64,000 nt of DNA from a virus. The position numbers were made by a program, and so were the translations under genes. The first letter of the stretch is position 1, and every line of letters starts with the position of its first letter. The DNA lies in IMG/VR virus record IMGVR_UViG_3300044641_005939, positions 5,498-69,497 of that record; one strand, written 5' to 3'. Shown here piece by piece: positions 9,498 to 19,297 of this stretch. The notes below the pieces were generated by a model. The model was not told where the DNA came from and ran no database searches. It saw only the letters and a list, made by a program, of their open reading frames with translations.

Positions 9498-10022
9498 ATG
9501 CATAAATTAGATAACGAGAACTCAAAAGAACATTGGAAATTTGTAAATGTAAATAATAAAACTGTATTAGATCTTGGCTGCGGGAGATGGAATCGTGTTG
9601 AAAGAGTAGAAGATACATGGCTTACTACACCAGAATATTTTATTTCTAAAGGAGCATCTAAAGTAATCGGAGTAGATATTGATCCATCAGAAATAGATTG
9701 GTTTAGCAATAAAATTACAGTGGATAATAGATATGAATTTATATTATATGCTATCAATTCTAGTAATGATCTTAAATTATTATATGAAAAATATAGACCA
9801 AACTGTGTAAAATTTGATATAGAAACAGCAGAGCGCACACTGTTTGATCTTGATATAGAATATATTCGTAGTGTTGAGGAATATTATATAGAAACACATG
9901 GAGCGGACCTGTATAATCAGTTTATTGACTTTTTACCAAAACAAGGATACAATATAACCGAACAGATAGATTTGACACACACAAATGGATACTGCAAAGT
10001 TATATTTGCTACAAGAATATGA
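9498..10022 (+). CDS. Class I SAM-dependent methyltransferase
   Basis: VLDLGCG, VIGVDID and VKFDIE motifs. Confidence 0.75.
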   Translation: MHKLDNENSKEHWKFVNVNNKTVLDLGCGRWNRVERVEDTWLTTPEYFISKGASKVIGVDIDPSEIDWFSNKITVDNRYEFILYAINSSNDLKLLYEKYRPNCVKFDIETAERTLFDLDIEYIRSVEEYYIETHGADLYNQFIDFLPKQGYNITEQIDLTHTNGYCKVIFATRI

Positions 10023-10825
10023 ATATTTTATTGACTGGTAGCAATGGATATATTGGATCTAATATTATTAGATATTTAGGTAATATATACAATATTACAA
10101 CAATAAATAGACAAACATTTGATCTTAGAAATTATGAACATACAAAACAATGGTTTTCTGGATTAAATAGTAATATTTATTTCGATGCAGTTATACATAC
10201 GGCAATTGTGGGCGGAAATAGATTAAGATCAGATGATTCTTCTATTTTGGATGATAATATTAGAATGTATTTGAATTTATTAAATCATCGTCATTATTTT
10301 AAAAAATTTATAAATATTGGATCTGGGGCTGAACGCACAATGTCAGACTCTTTCTATGGACTAAGCAAGAAAATAATTTCATCCTCAATATCTGATAAAT
10401 TAAATTTTTATAATTTAAGAATTTATGCTGTGTTTGATGATAGGGAAAATATTCGTAGATTTATTAAGTCTAATATACAAAGATATTTAAATAAAGAAAA
10501 TTTAGTTATACATCAAAATAAGTTTATGGACTTTATATATTTTCCAGATTTTATTAGTATACTTAATAAATATTTAAAATTTAATAATATTCCTAAAAAT
10601 ATAGATTGTGTTTATAAAGAAAAACATACATTATTAGATATAGCCAAAATAATTAATAGATTAGATTGTTATTCTACTAACATAGAAATACAAAATAATA
10701 ACAATGATATTGATTATATTGGAGAGTATAATAATATAAATATAGATTTTATAGGATTGGAACAGGGAATAATAAAAACATATAGAGAAATAAAAAATGA
10801 AAAAAATATGGTATGCCCCCAATAA
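10019..10825 (+). CDS. NAD-dependent epimerase/reductase (extended SDR)
   Basis: TGSNGYIG, GSGAE and YGLSK (YxxxK). Confidence 0.85.
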   Translation: MNILLTGSNGYIGSNIIRYLGNIYNITTINRQTFDLRNYEHTKQWFSGLNSNIYFDAVIHTAIVGGNRLRSDDSSILDDNIRMYLNLLNHRHYFKKFINIGSGAERTMSDSFYGLSKKIISSSISDKLNFYNLRIYAVFDDRENIRRFIKSNIQRYLNKENLVIHQNKFMDFIYFPDFISILNKYLKFNNIPKNIDCVYKEKHTLLDIAKIINRLDCYSTNIEIQNNNNDIDYIGEYNNINIDFIGLEQGIIKTYREIKNEKNMVCPQ

Positions 10826-11948
10826 ATTTGAATCTTATGGTCAAGAGGAAATAAATGCTGTAAATCAATGTTTACAAGACGGTTGGTTGGCAGGATTTGG
10901 TCCAAAATCAATTGAGTTTGAGGAAAAAATATCTGAGATATTTGGTAAAAAATATGGCGTATTCGTTAATTCTGGTTCCTCCGCATGTTTGTTGGCTCTT
11001 GCTAGTTTGCAGCTTGAAAAAGGAACTAAAATATTAACTCCTGCTTGCACATTTTCAACCACAGTAGCTCCAATGATTCAACTTGGATTAGAACCTGTTT
11101 TTTGCGATGTTGAATTAACAACATATGTTCCATCGGTGCCACAAATTATAGAAAAAATAAATGATTCTATAAAAGTTGTAATGCTTCCTAATCTTATTGG
11201 TAATAAACCAGACTGGAAAAAACTTAAAGAAGAATTAGTTAAAATTGGAAGAGAAGACATAGTATTAATAGAAGATTCAGCAGATACTATTACTAATACC
11301 ATAGAAACAGACATATCTACTACTAGTTTTTATGCTAGCCATATTATAACTGCTGGTGGTTCCGGTGGGATGGTAATGTTCAATAATTTAAAATTAAAAA
11401 ATACTTGTTTGAATCTAAGAGATTGGGGTAGAATTGGAGATAATTCTGAAATTATGAGCGATAGATTTAATCACAGCGTTGATGGCATACCATATGATCA
11501 TAAATTTTTATATGGATTTCTTGGTTACAATATGAAAAGTAGTGAAATGAATGCTGCTTTTGGATTGATCCAACTGCAAAGATTTGAGACTTTCAAACAA
11601 ATACGACGAGATAATATTGAAAGATACTTAAAAAATTTAGAAGATTGCGAAGAGCTTATTCTACCTAATGATAGTATAAAACCAAATTGGTTAGCTATAC
11701 CATTACAGTGTGATAATAGATATGAATTACTTAATTATTTAGAAGCTAATAATATCCAAACTAGAGTTACTTTTGCTGGCAACATAACAAGACATCCGAT
11801 ATACAGACAATATCTTGAAGAATTTAAAAATTCCGATACCATAATGAAAAATGGATTTTTATTAGGCTCTCATCATGGAATGAATATACAAGATGTGGAT
11901 TATGTCACTAATAATATTATAAAATTTTTTACAGATAAAATAAAATGA
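10797..11948 (+). CDS. DegT/DnrJ-fold PMP-dependent sugar 3-dehydratase (RfbH/DdhC/ColD-like)
   Basis: VNSGSSA and EDSAD; SFYASHIIT has His at the position of the Schiff-base Lys; RDWGR and GYNMK. Confidence 0.85.
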   Translation: MKKIWYAPNKFESYGQEEINAVNQCLQDGWLAGFGPKSIEFEEKISEIFGKKYGVFVNSGSSACLLALASLQLEKGTKILTPACTFSTTVAPMIQLGLEPVFCDVELTTYVPSVPQIIEKINDSIKVVMLPNLIGNKPDWKKLKEELVKIGREDIVLIEDSADTITNTIETDISTTSFYASHIITAGGSGGMVMFNNLKLKNTCLNLRDWGRIGDNSEIMSDRFNHSVDGIPYDHKFLYGFLGYNMKSSEMNAAFGLIQLQRFETFKQIRRDNIERYLKNLEDCEELILPNDSIKPNWLAIPLQCDNRYELLNYLEANNIQTRVTFAGNITRHPIYRQYLEEFKNSDTIMKNGFLLGSHHGMNIQDVDYVTNNIIKFFTDKIK

Positions 11949-13138
11949 CAAATCTATATAGATTATCTATTCATAGGTCTGTTTCTTTTTTAAGAAATCA
12001 AACAAATTATCATTTAATATCAGATTACAACCATAGATTTGGAGAACCTGATCAATTTGATATTAATAGTTTTTATAGTTATTATACAAATTTTGATATC
12101 AATTTTTATAAAAATAAATATAATTTACAAAATAAATCAGAAATTGAAATCTTAAATCATTATCATAATATTGGAATTAAAAATAAATTATTATATAATA
12201 ATAAAATTAAAATAGTAATATATACTCCTCCACTAGATGATTTATGTGGTGGTGTTCAAGTTTTACACAATCTTGCAAAAAGCATCAACGATTTGAATCA
12301 TCCAGAAATATATGCGTTATTATGCACATATGATCATAGTAGATATCAGAATAATTTTTGTAATTCTTTTGTAAATCCTCATCAAGTTGATGATCATACG
12401 GTTGTCATATATCCAGAAGTTATTACTGGAAATCCATTAAATGCTAAACACGTTATAAGATGGGTATTACTAGATCTTGGTTTTGAAACACAAACCAATC
12501 ATTATGAACATTGGGATAGTAATGATATAGTTTATCACTGGGAACCCCATCCACATAAACACTCGAAACAGCTTGTAAATTTATGGATCAATCCGAAAAT
12601 TACAGCACTATTAAATGAAAATATAAATTATGAGACTAAAAGGCGAGAGTTAACGAATTGTTTTTTATTTAAAAAAGTAATATTTTGTCCTGGAAAATTT
12701 CATAAAAATATAAAATATATGCATAATAATTTTGATATTTCTTTAGATAATAAAAATATAGATGATATAATTAATATTATGAAAATATCTAATAAATTTT
12801 ATTGTTATGATCCCAATACTTTCTATAGCATACTAGCTCCACTATTAGGATGTATAACAGTATTACATCCAATAGAAGGAAAATCTAAAAAAGAATATTT
12901 TGAATCTAGAATCAACGCAAAAAATAATTTTACTTTTGATTATGGCATAGCCTACGGCGATTCTGATGAAGAAATAAATAGAGCACACGAAACTGTGCAA
13001 CTAGCTAAAGATAAATTTAATAAATGGATATTATTATATAAAAATGATACATTATCATTATTAAATGATATATTTAAATTAATTAATAATGAAAAACTCA
13101 ACAATACTGTTGAAGCAATATATATAAATCAATCATGA
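11945..13138 (+). CDS. Glycan-biosynthesis protein (probable GT-B/WavQ-like)
   Basis: GGVQVLHNL and VIYPEVITGNPLNAKHVIRWVL; cluster context. Confidence 0.55.
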   Translation: MTNLYRLSIHRSVSFLRNQTNYHLISDYNHRFGEPDQFDINSFYSYYTNFDINFYKNKYNLQNKSEIEILNHYHNIGIKNKLLYNNKIKIVIYTPPLDDLCGGVQVLHNLAKSINDLNHPEIYALLCTYDHSRYQNNFCNSFVNPHQVDDHTVVIYPEVITGNPLNAKHVIRWVLLDLGFETQTNHYEHWDSNDIVYHWEPHPHKHSKQLVNLWINPKITALLNENINYETKRRELTNCFLFKKVIFCPGKFHKNIKYMHNNFDISLDNKNIDDIINIMKISNKFYCYDPNTFYSILAPLLGCITVLHPIEGKSKKEYFESRINAKNNFTFDYGIAYGDSDEEINRAHETVQLAKDKFNKWILLYKNDTLSLLNDIFKLINNEKLNNTVEAIYINQS

Positions 13139-14022
13139 GCTACATATCTATTCATCCAGATTATTTAATTAAGGAAGGTTTTGCTACATTAATGTCTCAT
13201 TATGCATTGATGTACTGTATCCATAAGGACTGTAATATTATTCCTGCAATTTTAGATATTAATTTTGATAATAAAAATATTCATACTACTATGAAATTTT
13301 TTAATAAAAATTTTAATCAACCCATACTATATCATAAAGATGTTTTTTTGAATTTTGATAGTATTTTTGAATTTTTACCTGAAGATAAAATAAAACACAT
13401 AAAATGGCATTATATGAATTTAAGTAATTTATCTTATGAAAACATATTATTATATATTAATAATCATTATAATATTGATATTATGTGTCATTGGAATATT
13501 CATCATGATTTAATTATTAAATATATAGATGATATTATTAATATTTTATTTAAATTTAAAAATTCTTTTATAAATGAATGCCGGACATTATTACCAATAA
13601 CAGATAAAGAAATAGTTGGGATAAGCGTAAGAACAGAATATAAAAATAGCACACACCCACATAAATATTTGGAATACGAATATTATTATAATGCGATAAA
13701 GCATTTTAATCCAAATTCGATATTTTTGATTTTTAGTGATAATATAGCAGAGTGTAGGGATTTGTTTAAAGATTTAGAATTAAAATACAATATTCAATAT
13801 ACTAATCCAATGATGAGCGCTACTGGATTATGTTTACTATCTATGTGTGATCATATAATTAATACAAATAGTAGTTTTAGTTATTGGGCATCGCTATTAA
13901 ATAAAAATACTAATAAAAAAATAATATGTCATCCAGAATTTATAGATTATAAAAAAAATCCAAGATTAGCTCAATATATAAATTATAAGTGGTATCCTAA
14001 AAACTGGACAGCAATAACATGA
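13135..14022 (+). CDS. GT11 alpha-1,2-fucosyltransferase-like
   Basis: IVGISVRTEY (variant of HxRRGDY), IFSDN, CDHIINTNSSFSYWA and C-terminal YPKNW. Confidence 0.8.
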   Translation: MSYISIHPDYLIKEGFATLMSHYALMYCIHKDCNIIPAILDINFDNKNIHTTMKFFNKNFNQPILYHKDVFLNFDSIFEFLPEDKIKHIKWHYMNLSNLSYENILLYINNHYNIDIMCHWNIHHDLIIKYIDDIINILFKFKNSFINECRTLLPITDKEIVGISVRTEYKNSTHPHKYLEYEYYYNAIKHFNPNSIFLIFSDNIAECRDLFKDLELKYNIQYTNPMMSATGLCLLSMCDHIINTNSSFSYWASLLNKNTNKKIICHPEFIDYKKNPRLAQYINYKWYPKNWTAIT

Positions 14023-14108
14023 TAAACTATAAAAATCTATTCGTTATTCAAGATCAATATAAAGATGGGTATAATCAAAAAATTAAACCATGAGGAAATT
14101 ACATTCAT

Positions 14109-14981
14109 ATGCTTCAACAAAAACAAAACATTAATAATATTTTACCAGTAGATCCATCTTATACTACTATTTATCTTGACAAGATTGATAAGGGCAAAGA
14201 ACTTTTATTAAAATCAAATGTAGTGGTTGCTGGTTTGTGCAGAAATCTCGGACATTGTATTAAAAATAATTTATTGAAAATTATTCAAATTTTAGATCAT
14301 AATTGTTTAGACTATAAGATTGTATTATTTGAAAACGACTCAACAGATAATACCATAAATGAAATTTTATCTTTAAAAAATCATAATATTATTTTATTAT
14401 CACAAAACTATAATAGGCCTCAATTTGGTACAGGTAAGGACAAAGAAAGAATTAATGCACTAGCAGAATATAGAAACATAATTAAAGAACATATAAAAAT
14501 AAACTATTCCAATTTTGATTTCACTATTATCATGGATATGGATTTTATAGATATCAGCAATACTGGATTTTTTAATAGTTTTGGTTGGTTAAAAGAATAT
14601 CCTAATATTGATGCTATGTCTGGAAATAGTTTTGAAATTAAAGACATATTTAATACTTCTGAACTAACGCTTTGGAATTATGATTCTTGGGCTTTTCGTG
14701 GTTCTTGGTGGGATGATCTACAAGGCAAAAAACTTACTGAACACTACAATAATTATAATAGGATGTTGTGGTTCGGTCTTTGGATATTGCCCGTTGGATC
14801 AAGACCAATAAGTGTGAATAGTGCCTTTGGTGGTATGTGCATATATAAGACCAAACACTACACATCTGGTCAATATGCCTCATATGATTGTGAACATGTC
14901 ACATTTCATTATGATATATCTAATAAAAATCCTGGTTTTGCTCTGTGTTTGAATCCTTCTCAAGTAATGTTAATGTCTTGA
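14109..14981 (+). CDS. Glycosyltransferase, CAP59/GT69-like
   Basis: FENDSTD, RINALAEYRN, MDMD, VNSAFGGMCIYK and DCEHVTFH. Confidence 0.75.
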   Translation: MLQQKQNINNILPVDPSYTTIYLDKIDKGKELLLKSNVVVAGLCRNLGHCIKNNLLKIIQILDHNCLDYKIVLFENDSTDNTINEILSLKNHNIILLSQNYNRPQFGTGKDKERINALAEYRNIIKEHIKINYSNFDFTIIMDMDFIDISNTGFFNSFGWLKEYPNIDAMSGNSFEIKDIFNTSELTLWNYDSWAFRGSWWDDLQGKKLTEHYNNYNRMLWFGLWILPVGSRPISVNSAFGGMCIYKTKHYTSGQYASYDCEHVTFHYDISNKNPGFALCLNPSQVMLMS

Positions 14982-15005
14982 CAGAGGATGCTCTAGATAT
15001 ACAAT
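14977..15005 (+). promoter_or_regulatory. Sigma70-type promoter CTTGAC-N17-TACAAT
   Basis: Same geometry as the other sites; ATG 7 nt downstream. Confidence 0.65.
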
Positions 15006-15012
15006 AACTTGT

Positions 15013-15147
15013 ATGAAAACCATTCTTATCGTCTGCGCTTTGTTCGGCTTGTATCATGGATATGACACTCTAAGAAAAACCAGGGCTGGTATTTATCCTG
15101 GAATTAAGCCATCAAAAAATCTTTTTTCTTTTCTCTTTTTGGATTAA
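15013..15147 (+). CDS. Small 44-aa protein (not in ORF track)
   Basis: MKTILIVCALFGLYHGYDTLRKTRAGIYPGIKPSKNLFSFLFLD; fills the gap between the promoter and the next gene. Confidence 0.55.
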   Translation: MKTILIVCALFGLYHGYDTLRKTRAGIYPGIKPSKNLFSFLFLD

Positions 15148-15150
15148 TAA

Positions 15151-15684
15151 ATGCTACACAGACTGAAAAATCAAAGAGTATATCTGGCTGGTGCTATGGA
15201 TAGGGTTAAAGATAGAGGCGCAACATGGAGAGATAATATAACTCCATTTCTAGAACAATTAGATGTTATAGTTTTTAATCCTATTAGAAAACCAACGGAT
15301 ATTGGTTTAGAAGATGTTGATACTCACAATATTAAGCTTAAACTCAAGTCTAAAAAAAGATACGACGAGTTAACATCTATGATGAAAACTATTCGTTCTG
15401 TAGATCTTAGGCTTGTAGACATTAGCGATTTTTTAATTGTGAACCTAGATCTTGATACTCATCCATGTGGGACATTAGAAGAAATATTTCTAGCTAATAG
15501 AGAAAAAAAGCCTATTATAGTACATATGGAACAAGGTAAAGAGAATACCCCAGATTGGCTATTTGGCACAATTCCTCATCAAATGATTTTTTCAACATGG
15601 GATGAGATTAAAGCATATCTTATTCATATAGATACTTCAGAAAATATTGATACCCATAAAAGATGGTATTTTTTTTCGGTGTAA
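15151..15684 (+). CDS. Nucleoside 2-deoxyribosyltransferase-like / nucleotide N-glycosidase
   Basis: VYLAGAM, VFNP, DLRLVDISD and GTLEE motifs. Confidence 0.8.
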   Translation: MLHRLKNQRVYLAGAMDRVKDRGATWRDNITPFLEQLDVIVFNPIRKPTDIGLEDVDTHNIKLKLKSKKRYDELTSMMKTIRSVDLRLVDISDFLIVNLDLDTHPCGTLEEIFLANREKKPIIVHMEQGKENTPDWLFGTIPHQMIFSTWDEIKAYLIHIDTSENIDTHKRWYFFSV

Positions 15685-15688
15685 TCAA

Positions 15689-15892
15689 ATGCCAAAATAC
15701 TACGTCTCTTCTGGACAAATGAAATTTATTATTGATAGTGCAGATGAGATTAGTGCTATTTTAGCCACATTTAAACACTACAAAGGAAAAGGCAAAATGC
15801 CAGCACCAACAATTTGCGTTAGCGAAAATGGTTTTGACCATTCTGAAAACTTAACTTGTTATGATACAGACCAATATATGAAACAGGCTTAG
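15689..15892 (+). CDS. Hypothetical protein
   Basis: ORF between coupled genes; likely ATG at 15689. Confidence 0.6.
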   Translation: MPKYYVSSGQMKFIIDSADEISAILATFKHYKGKGKMPAPTICVSENGFDHSENLTCYDTDQYMKQA

Positions 15893-15893
15893 T

Positions 15894-16994
15894 ATGCAAA
15901 AAATAATTAATGAAACTAAATTAGATTTTGACGATGTTCTCATAGTTCCACAAAGATCTACTCTAACTAGTAGATCAGATATAGAACTTGAAAGGACGTT
16001 TTTCTTCTATCATTCTCCTAGAAAATGGCATGGAATACCTATAATCTGTGCCAATATGAGTTTTTGCTCATTTGAAATGGCTAAACAATTAGCATCTCAT
16101 AAAATGATAGCTTGTTTACATAAATATCATTCAATAGAAAATTTAATAGATTATTTCACCAATAATATACAAAATATAGACTATACTTTTATTTCAATAG
16201 GATATAAAAAAAATGAACTAGAGAGTTTAATAAAATTTAAAGAACAAACAAGATTACAACCAAATATATGTATTGATGTTCCCAATGGACACATGGATGT
16301 TTTTGTTCGTTACTGCAAAAAGGTAAGGGAAAATTTTCCTGAGTCTATTATTATTGCAGGTAATGTTACTAACACATCATCAACTCAAGAACTGATTATA
16401 TATGGTGGTGTGGATATTGTTAAGGTCGGCATAGGAGGAGGTTCCGCTTGTACGACTCGCTTTTTAACTGGCTGTGGTTTACCTCAATTATCTTGTTGCT
16501 TAGAAAATTCTTATGTTTCTCATGGTCTACAAAATGGTCCCAAAAAATTGGGTCTAATTTGCTCTGATGGTGGTCACAAAAATGTTGGAGATGTATGTAA
16601 AGCATTGTGTGCTGGATCCGATTTTGTTATGCTTGGAGGATATTTTGCTGGTAGTGATCCATGTGAAGGAGAGTGGGAATTAGGAGGAGATTATTCCACA
16701 ACAGTTGGATCCGACAGAAAAACTAAAGGCAGATTCACATACTATGGTATGAGTACACATCATTCACAAGATATTTTTGAAGACGGTAAAAAAAATTATA
16801 GAGCAAGCGAGGGAACCAAAATAACTGTTCAATACAAAGGCTCTTTGGAGCATGTTGTGCAAGAACTTCTTGGAGGAATACGATCTTGCTGTTGCTATAT
16901 TGGAGCTAATTCTGTAAAACATATGTCAAGATGTGGACAATTTTCTAAAGTAAATCAAATACATTCTAATAAAAATCCAATTTTCGGAGTATGA
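15894..16994 (+). CDS. guaC: GMP reductase (IMPDH/GMPR family)
   Basis: LDFDDVL, KVGIGGGSACTTR, SDGG, YYGMS and YRASEG; no CBS domains. Confidence 0.88.
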   Translation: MQKIINETKLDFDDVLIVPQRSTLTSRSDIELERTFFFYHSPRKWHGIPIICANMSFCSFEMAKQLASHKMIACLHKYHSIENLIDYFTNNIQNIDYTFISIGYKKNELESLIKFKEQTRLQPNICIDVPNGHMDVFVRYCKKVRENFPESIIIAGNVTNTSSTQELIIYGGVDIVKVGIGGGSACTTRFLTGCGLPQLSCCLENSYVSHGLQNGPKKLGLICSDGGHKNVGDVCKALCAGSDFVMLGGYFAGSDPCEGEWELGGDYSTTVGSDRKTKGRFTYYGMSTHHSQDIFEDGKKNYRASEGTKITVQYKGSLEHVVQELLGGIRSCCCYIGANSVKHMSRCGQFSKVNQIHSNKNPIFGV

Positions 16995-17000
16995 TCAAAA

Positions 17001-18119
17001 ATGAAAAATCTAAATCTTAATTGTCCAATTAATAGCACTGGATATGGTATAACTTCCTTAAATATTGTTAAGGGGCTGTATACTAAACCAGATACTAAAT
17101 TATCATTATTTCCTATTGGCAATAATATAGAGATAAATTCAGAACAAGACAAGGCTATTATTCAAGAAGTTCTTACTAATAGTAATGATTTCGACTACAA
17201 TGCACCATGCTTAAAAATTTGGCACCAGCACGATCTATCTCAAAGAGTTGGTAATGGTCATTACTATGTCTTTCCATTTTTCGAGGTTGATAGATTAACA
17301 GATAGAGAAAAACACCATCTTAATTATGCTGACTATATTTTTGTGGCATCTTCTTGGGCTAAACAGGTATTATTAAATAATGATATTATTAAACCAATAT
17401 ATGTTGCTCCGCTAGGTGTTGATACTACTATTTTTCAGTCTCCAAATAAGATTAAAGTAGAAAAAGATAATTATGTGTTTTTTCATATTGGCAAATGGGA
17501 ACTTAGAAAATCTCAAGATGTTTTATTAAAAGCTTTTGATAGTGCTTTTACAGAAAAAGATAATGTTGAATTAAGATTATTACCATTTAATCCATTCTTA
17601 TCTGAAGAAGAACACAATCAGTGGCTAAATCTAGTAGAAAGCTGTAAGCTAAAAGATAAAATTAAAATCTTTAATAGACTACCAACCCAGTATCATCTGG
17701 CAGAATTTATTGATGATAGTGATTGTGGGGTATTTATTTCTAGGGCAGAAGGCTGGAATAATGAAATTTTAGAAGCTATGGCATTAAATAAACCAATTAT
17801 AGCAACAAATTATTCAGCACACACCGAATACTGCAATGATAAAAACTGCTATTTGGTAAATGTAAACGAGTTAGAAGCAGCAAATGACGGAAAATGGTTC
17901 AATGGTCATGGTAAATGGGCTAAATTATCCAATAATGAATTAGACCAAACTATCAATTACATGAAATTTGTGTATTCTAATTCTATAGACACAAATCCAG
18001 AAGGTCTGTTAACTGCTCAAAAATATTCTTGGAATCAAACCACCAATATTATAACCGAAAATTTACTTAGGAATAATAGTTATCATGCCAATACCAAAAA
18101 GAAACCAAAACGAAGATAA
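17001..18119 (+). CDS. GT4-family glycosyltransferase
   Basis: TGYG, GKWELRK and SRAEGWNNEILEAMA. Confidence 0.88.
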   Translation: MKNLNLNCPINSTGYGITSLNIVKGLYTKPDTKLSLFPIGNNIEINSEQDKAIIQEVLTNSNDFDYNAPCLKIWHQHDLSQRVGNGHYYVFPFFEVDRLTDREKHHLNYADYIFVASSWAKQVLLNNDIIKPIYVAPLGVDTTIFQSPNKIKVEKDNYVFFHIGKWELRKSQDVLLKAFDSAFTEKDNVELRLLPFNPFLSEEEHNQWLNLVESCKLKDKIKIFNRLPTQYHLAEFIDDSDCGVFISRAEGWNNEILEAMALNKPIIATNYSAHTEYCNDKNCYLVNVNELEAANDGKWFNGHGKWAKLSNNELDQTINYMKFVYSNSIDTNPEGLLTAQKYSWNQTTNIITENLLRNNSYHANTKKKPKRR

Positions 18120-18750
18120 TCAAAAATTTGTATCTCGCTGTATGGGCAACGAGACAATGAAAAAAGAATATCCAGATTCTAAGCAGAGAGTAGCTATTTG
18201 TTTAGGGCAAACAAAAAAATCCAAATCTAGTCTATTAGAGAATGTTTTAGATATTCTTGGTTTTACTTTTGCTATTAATGATTGTGAAGAATGTGGCAGT
18301 GTTGAGGAAGTTACATCTTCCAATCTTATAGTACCACAGGAACAAGACTATGTTGATTTTGGTGAGGACACAGAAGAAGTAGAATTACCAACTCAAGCCA
18401 AGTATGAATATATAGATCCTGTAACTTATGAAGTATATTATTTTGAGAAAAAGGGCAACTATAAAAAAGATGGTCGATATCTAAGGTATGATGGTGAAGC
18501 CAAAGGAGCCGAATACCAAGGTAGGAAAGTAACACTAAACAAACCATTTAGAACGTCTGATGGTCCTAAAAAATTTGCTGTGTATACCAAAAATGAAAGT
18601 GGTAATGTGGTGATCGTAAGGTTTGGTGATCCTAATATGAAAATTAAAAAAAATATTCCATCAAGACGCAAAAGCTTTAGAGCAAGACACAACTGCGATA
18701 ATCCCGGCCCTAAATGGAAGGCTCGTTATTGGTCTTGCAAAGCGTGGTAA
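18085..18750 (+). CDS. Modular hypothetical phage protein with basic C-terminal domain
   Basis: N-terminal MPIPK...FVSRCM module; C-terminal AEYQGRKVTLNKP...RFGDPNM...SFRARHNC...ARYWSC module familiar from phage proteins. Confidence 0.75.
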   Translation: MPIPKRNQNEDNQKFVSRCMGNETMKKEYPDSKQRVAICLGQTKKSKSSLLENVLDILGFTFAINDCEECGSVEEVTSSNLIVPQEQDYVDFGEDTEEVELPTQAKYEYIDPVTYEVYYFEKKGNYKKDGRYLRYDGEAKGAEYQGRKVTLNKPFRTSDGPKKFAVYTKNESGNVVIVRFGDPNMKIKKNIPSRRKSFRARHNCDNPGPKWKARYWSCKAW

Positions 18751-18767
18751 CTAAGGAGACTATGATC

Positions 18768-19295
18768 ATGACAGAAGATAAATCAATTGATCAACTTTTA
18801 GAATCAACAGCAGAAGTAGAAGTAGAAACAAATACAACTAATCCTGTTATTGAACTATTAAAACAATCACTAAATATTCACTGGGAACAAACCTTAGCAC
18901 TAACAGCACAAGCTGAACATCTTGATAGATGGGGTTATAAAAAACTAGCCGCAACTATTAAAGAAGATGCTAAACAAGAGCATGAACACGCTTCTGTAAA
19001 TCTCCAGAGACTAGAATTTTTTGATGCTGATGCACAACCTATCACGGTTACACCACCAGTATGGCAGAGACACGATGTGGTGGCCATGATTCAGTATAAT
19101 TTAGTTTCTGTTAGAAAAGCAGCTGATGCTGAAAGACAAACTATTCTAGCTGCTAGATCGACTGGTGATGAAATTACAGCAAATATTATGATACCACTAC
19201 TAAAAGGTTCTGAAGATGGTATCATTCTTTATACTAGTTTTCTAAAATTGATAGAACAAATGGGTCTAGACAACTTCCTAAGCATACAGGTGTAA
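18768..19295 (+). CDS. Bacterioferritin-like protein, degenerate ferroxidase site
   Basis: WGYKKLA...QEHEHA...RLEFF and LIEQMGLDNFL align to Bfr; AAGGAG RBS. Confidence 0.8.
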   Translation: MTEDKSIDQLLESTAEVEVETNTTNPVIELLKQSLNIHWEQTLALTAQAEHLDRWGYKKLAATIKEDAKQEHEHASVNLQRLEFFDADAQPITVTPPVWQRHDVVAMIQYNLVSVRKAADAERQTILAARSTGDEITANIMIPLLKGSEDGIILYTSFLKLIEQMGLDNFLSIQV

Positions 19296-19297
19296 AT

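Noticed and set aside
14019-14093. 24-codon ORF coupled to the GT11-like gene
   Set aside because: Too short and has no motif; possibly a remnant, so not annotated as a gene.
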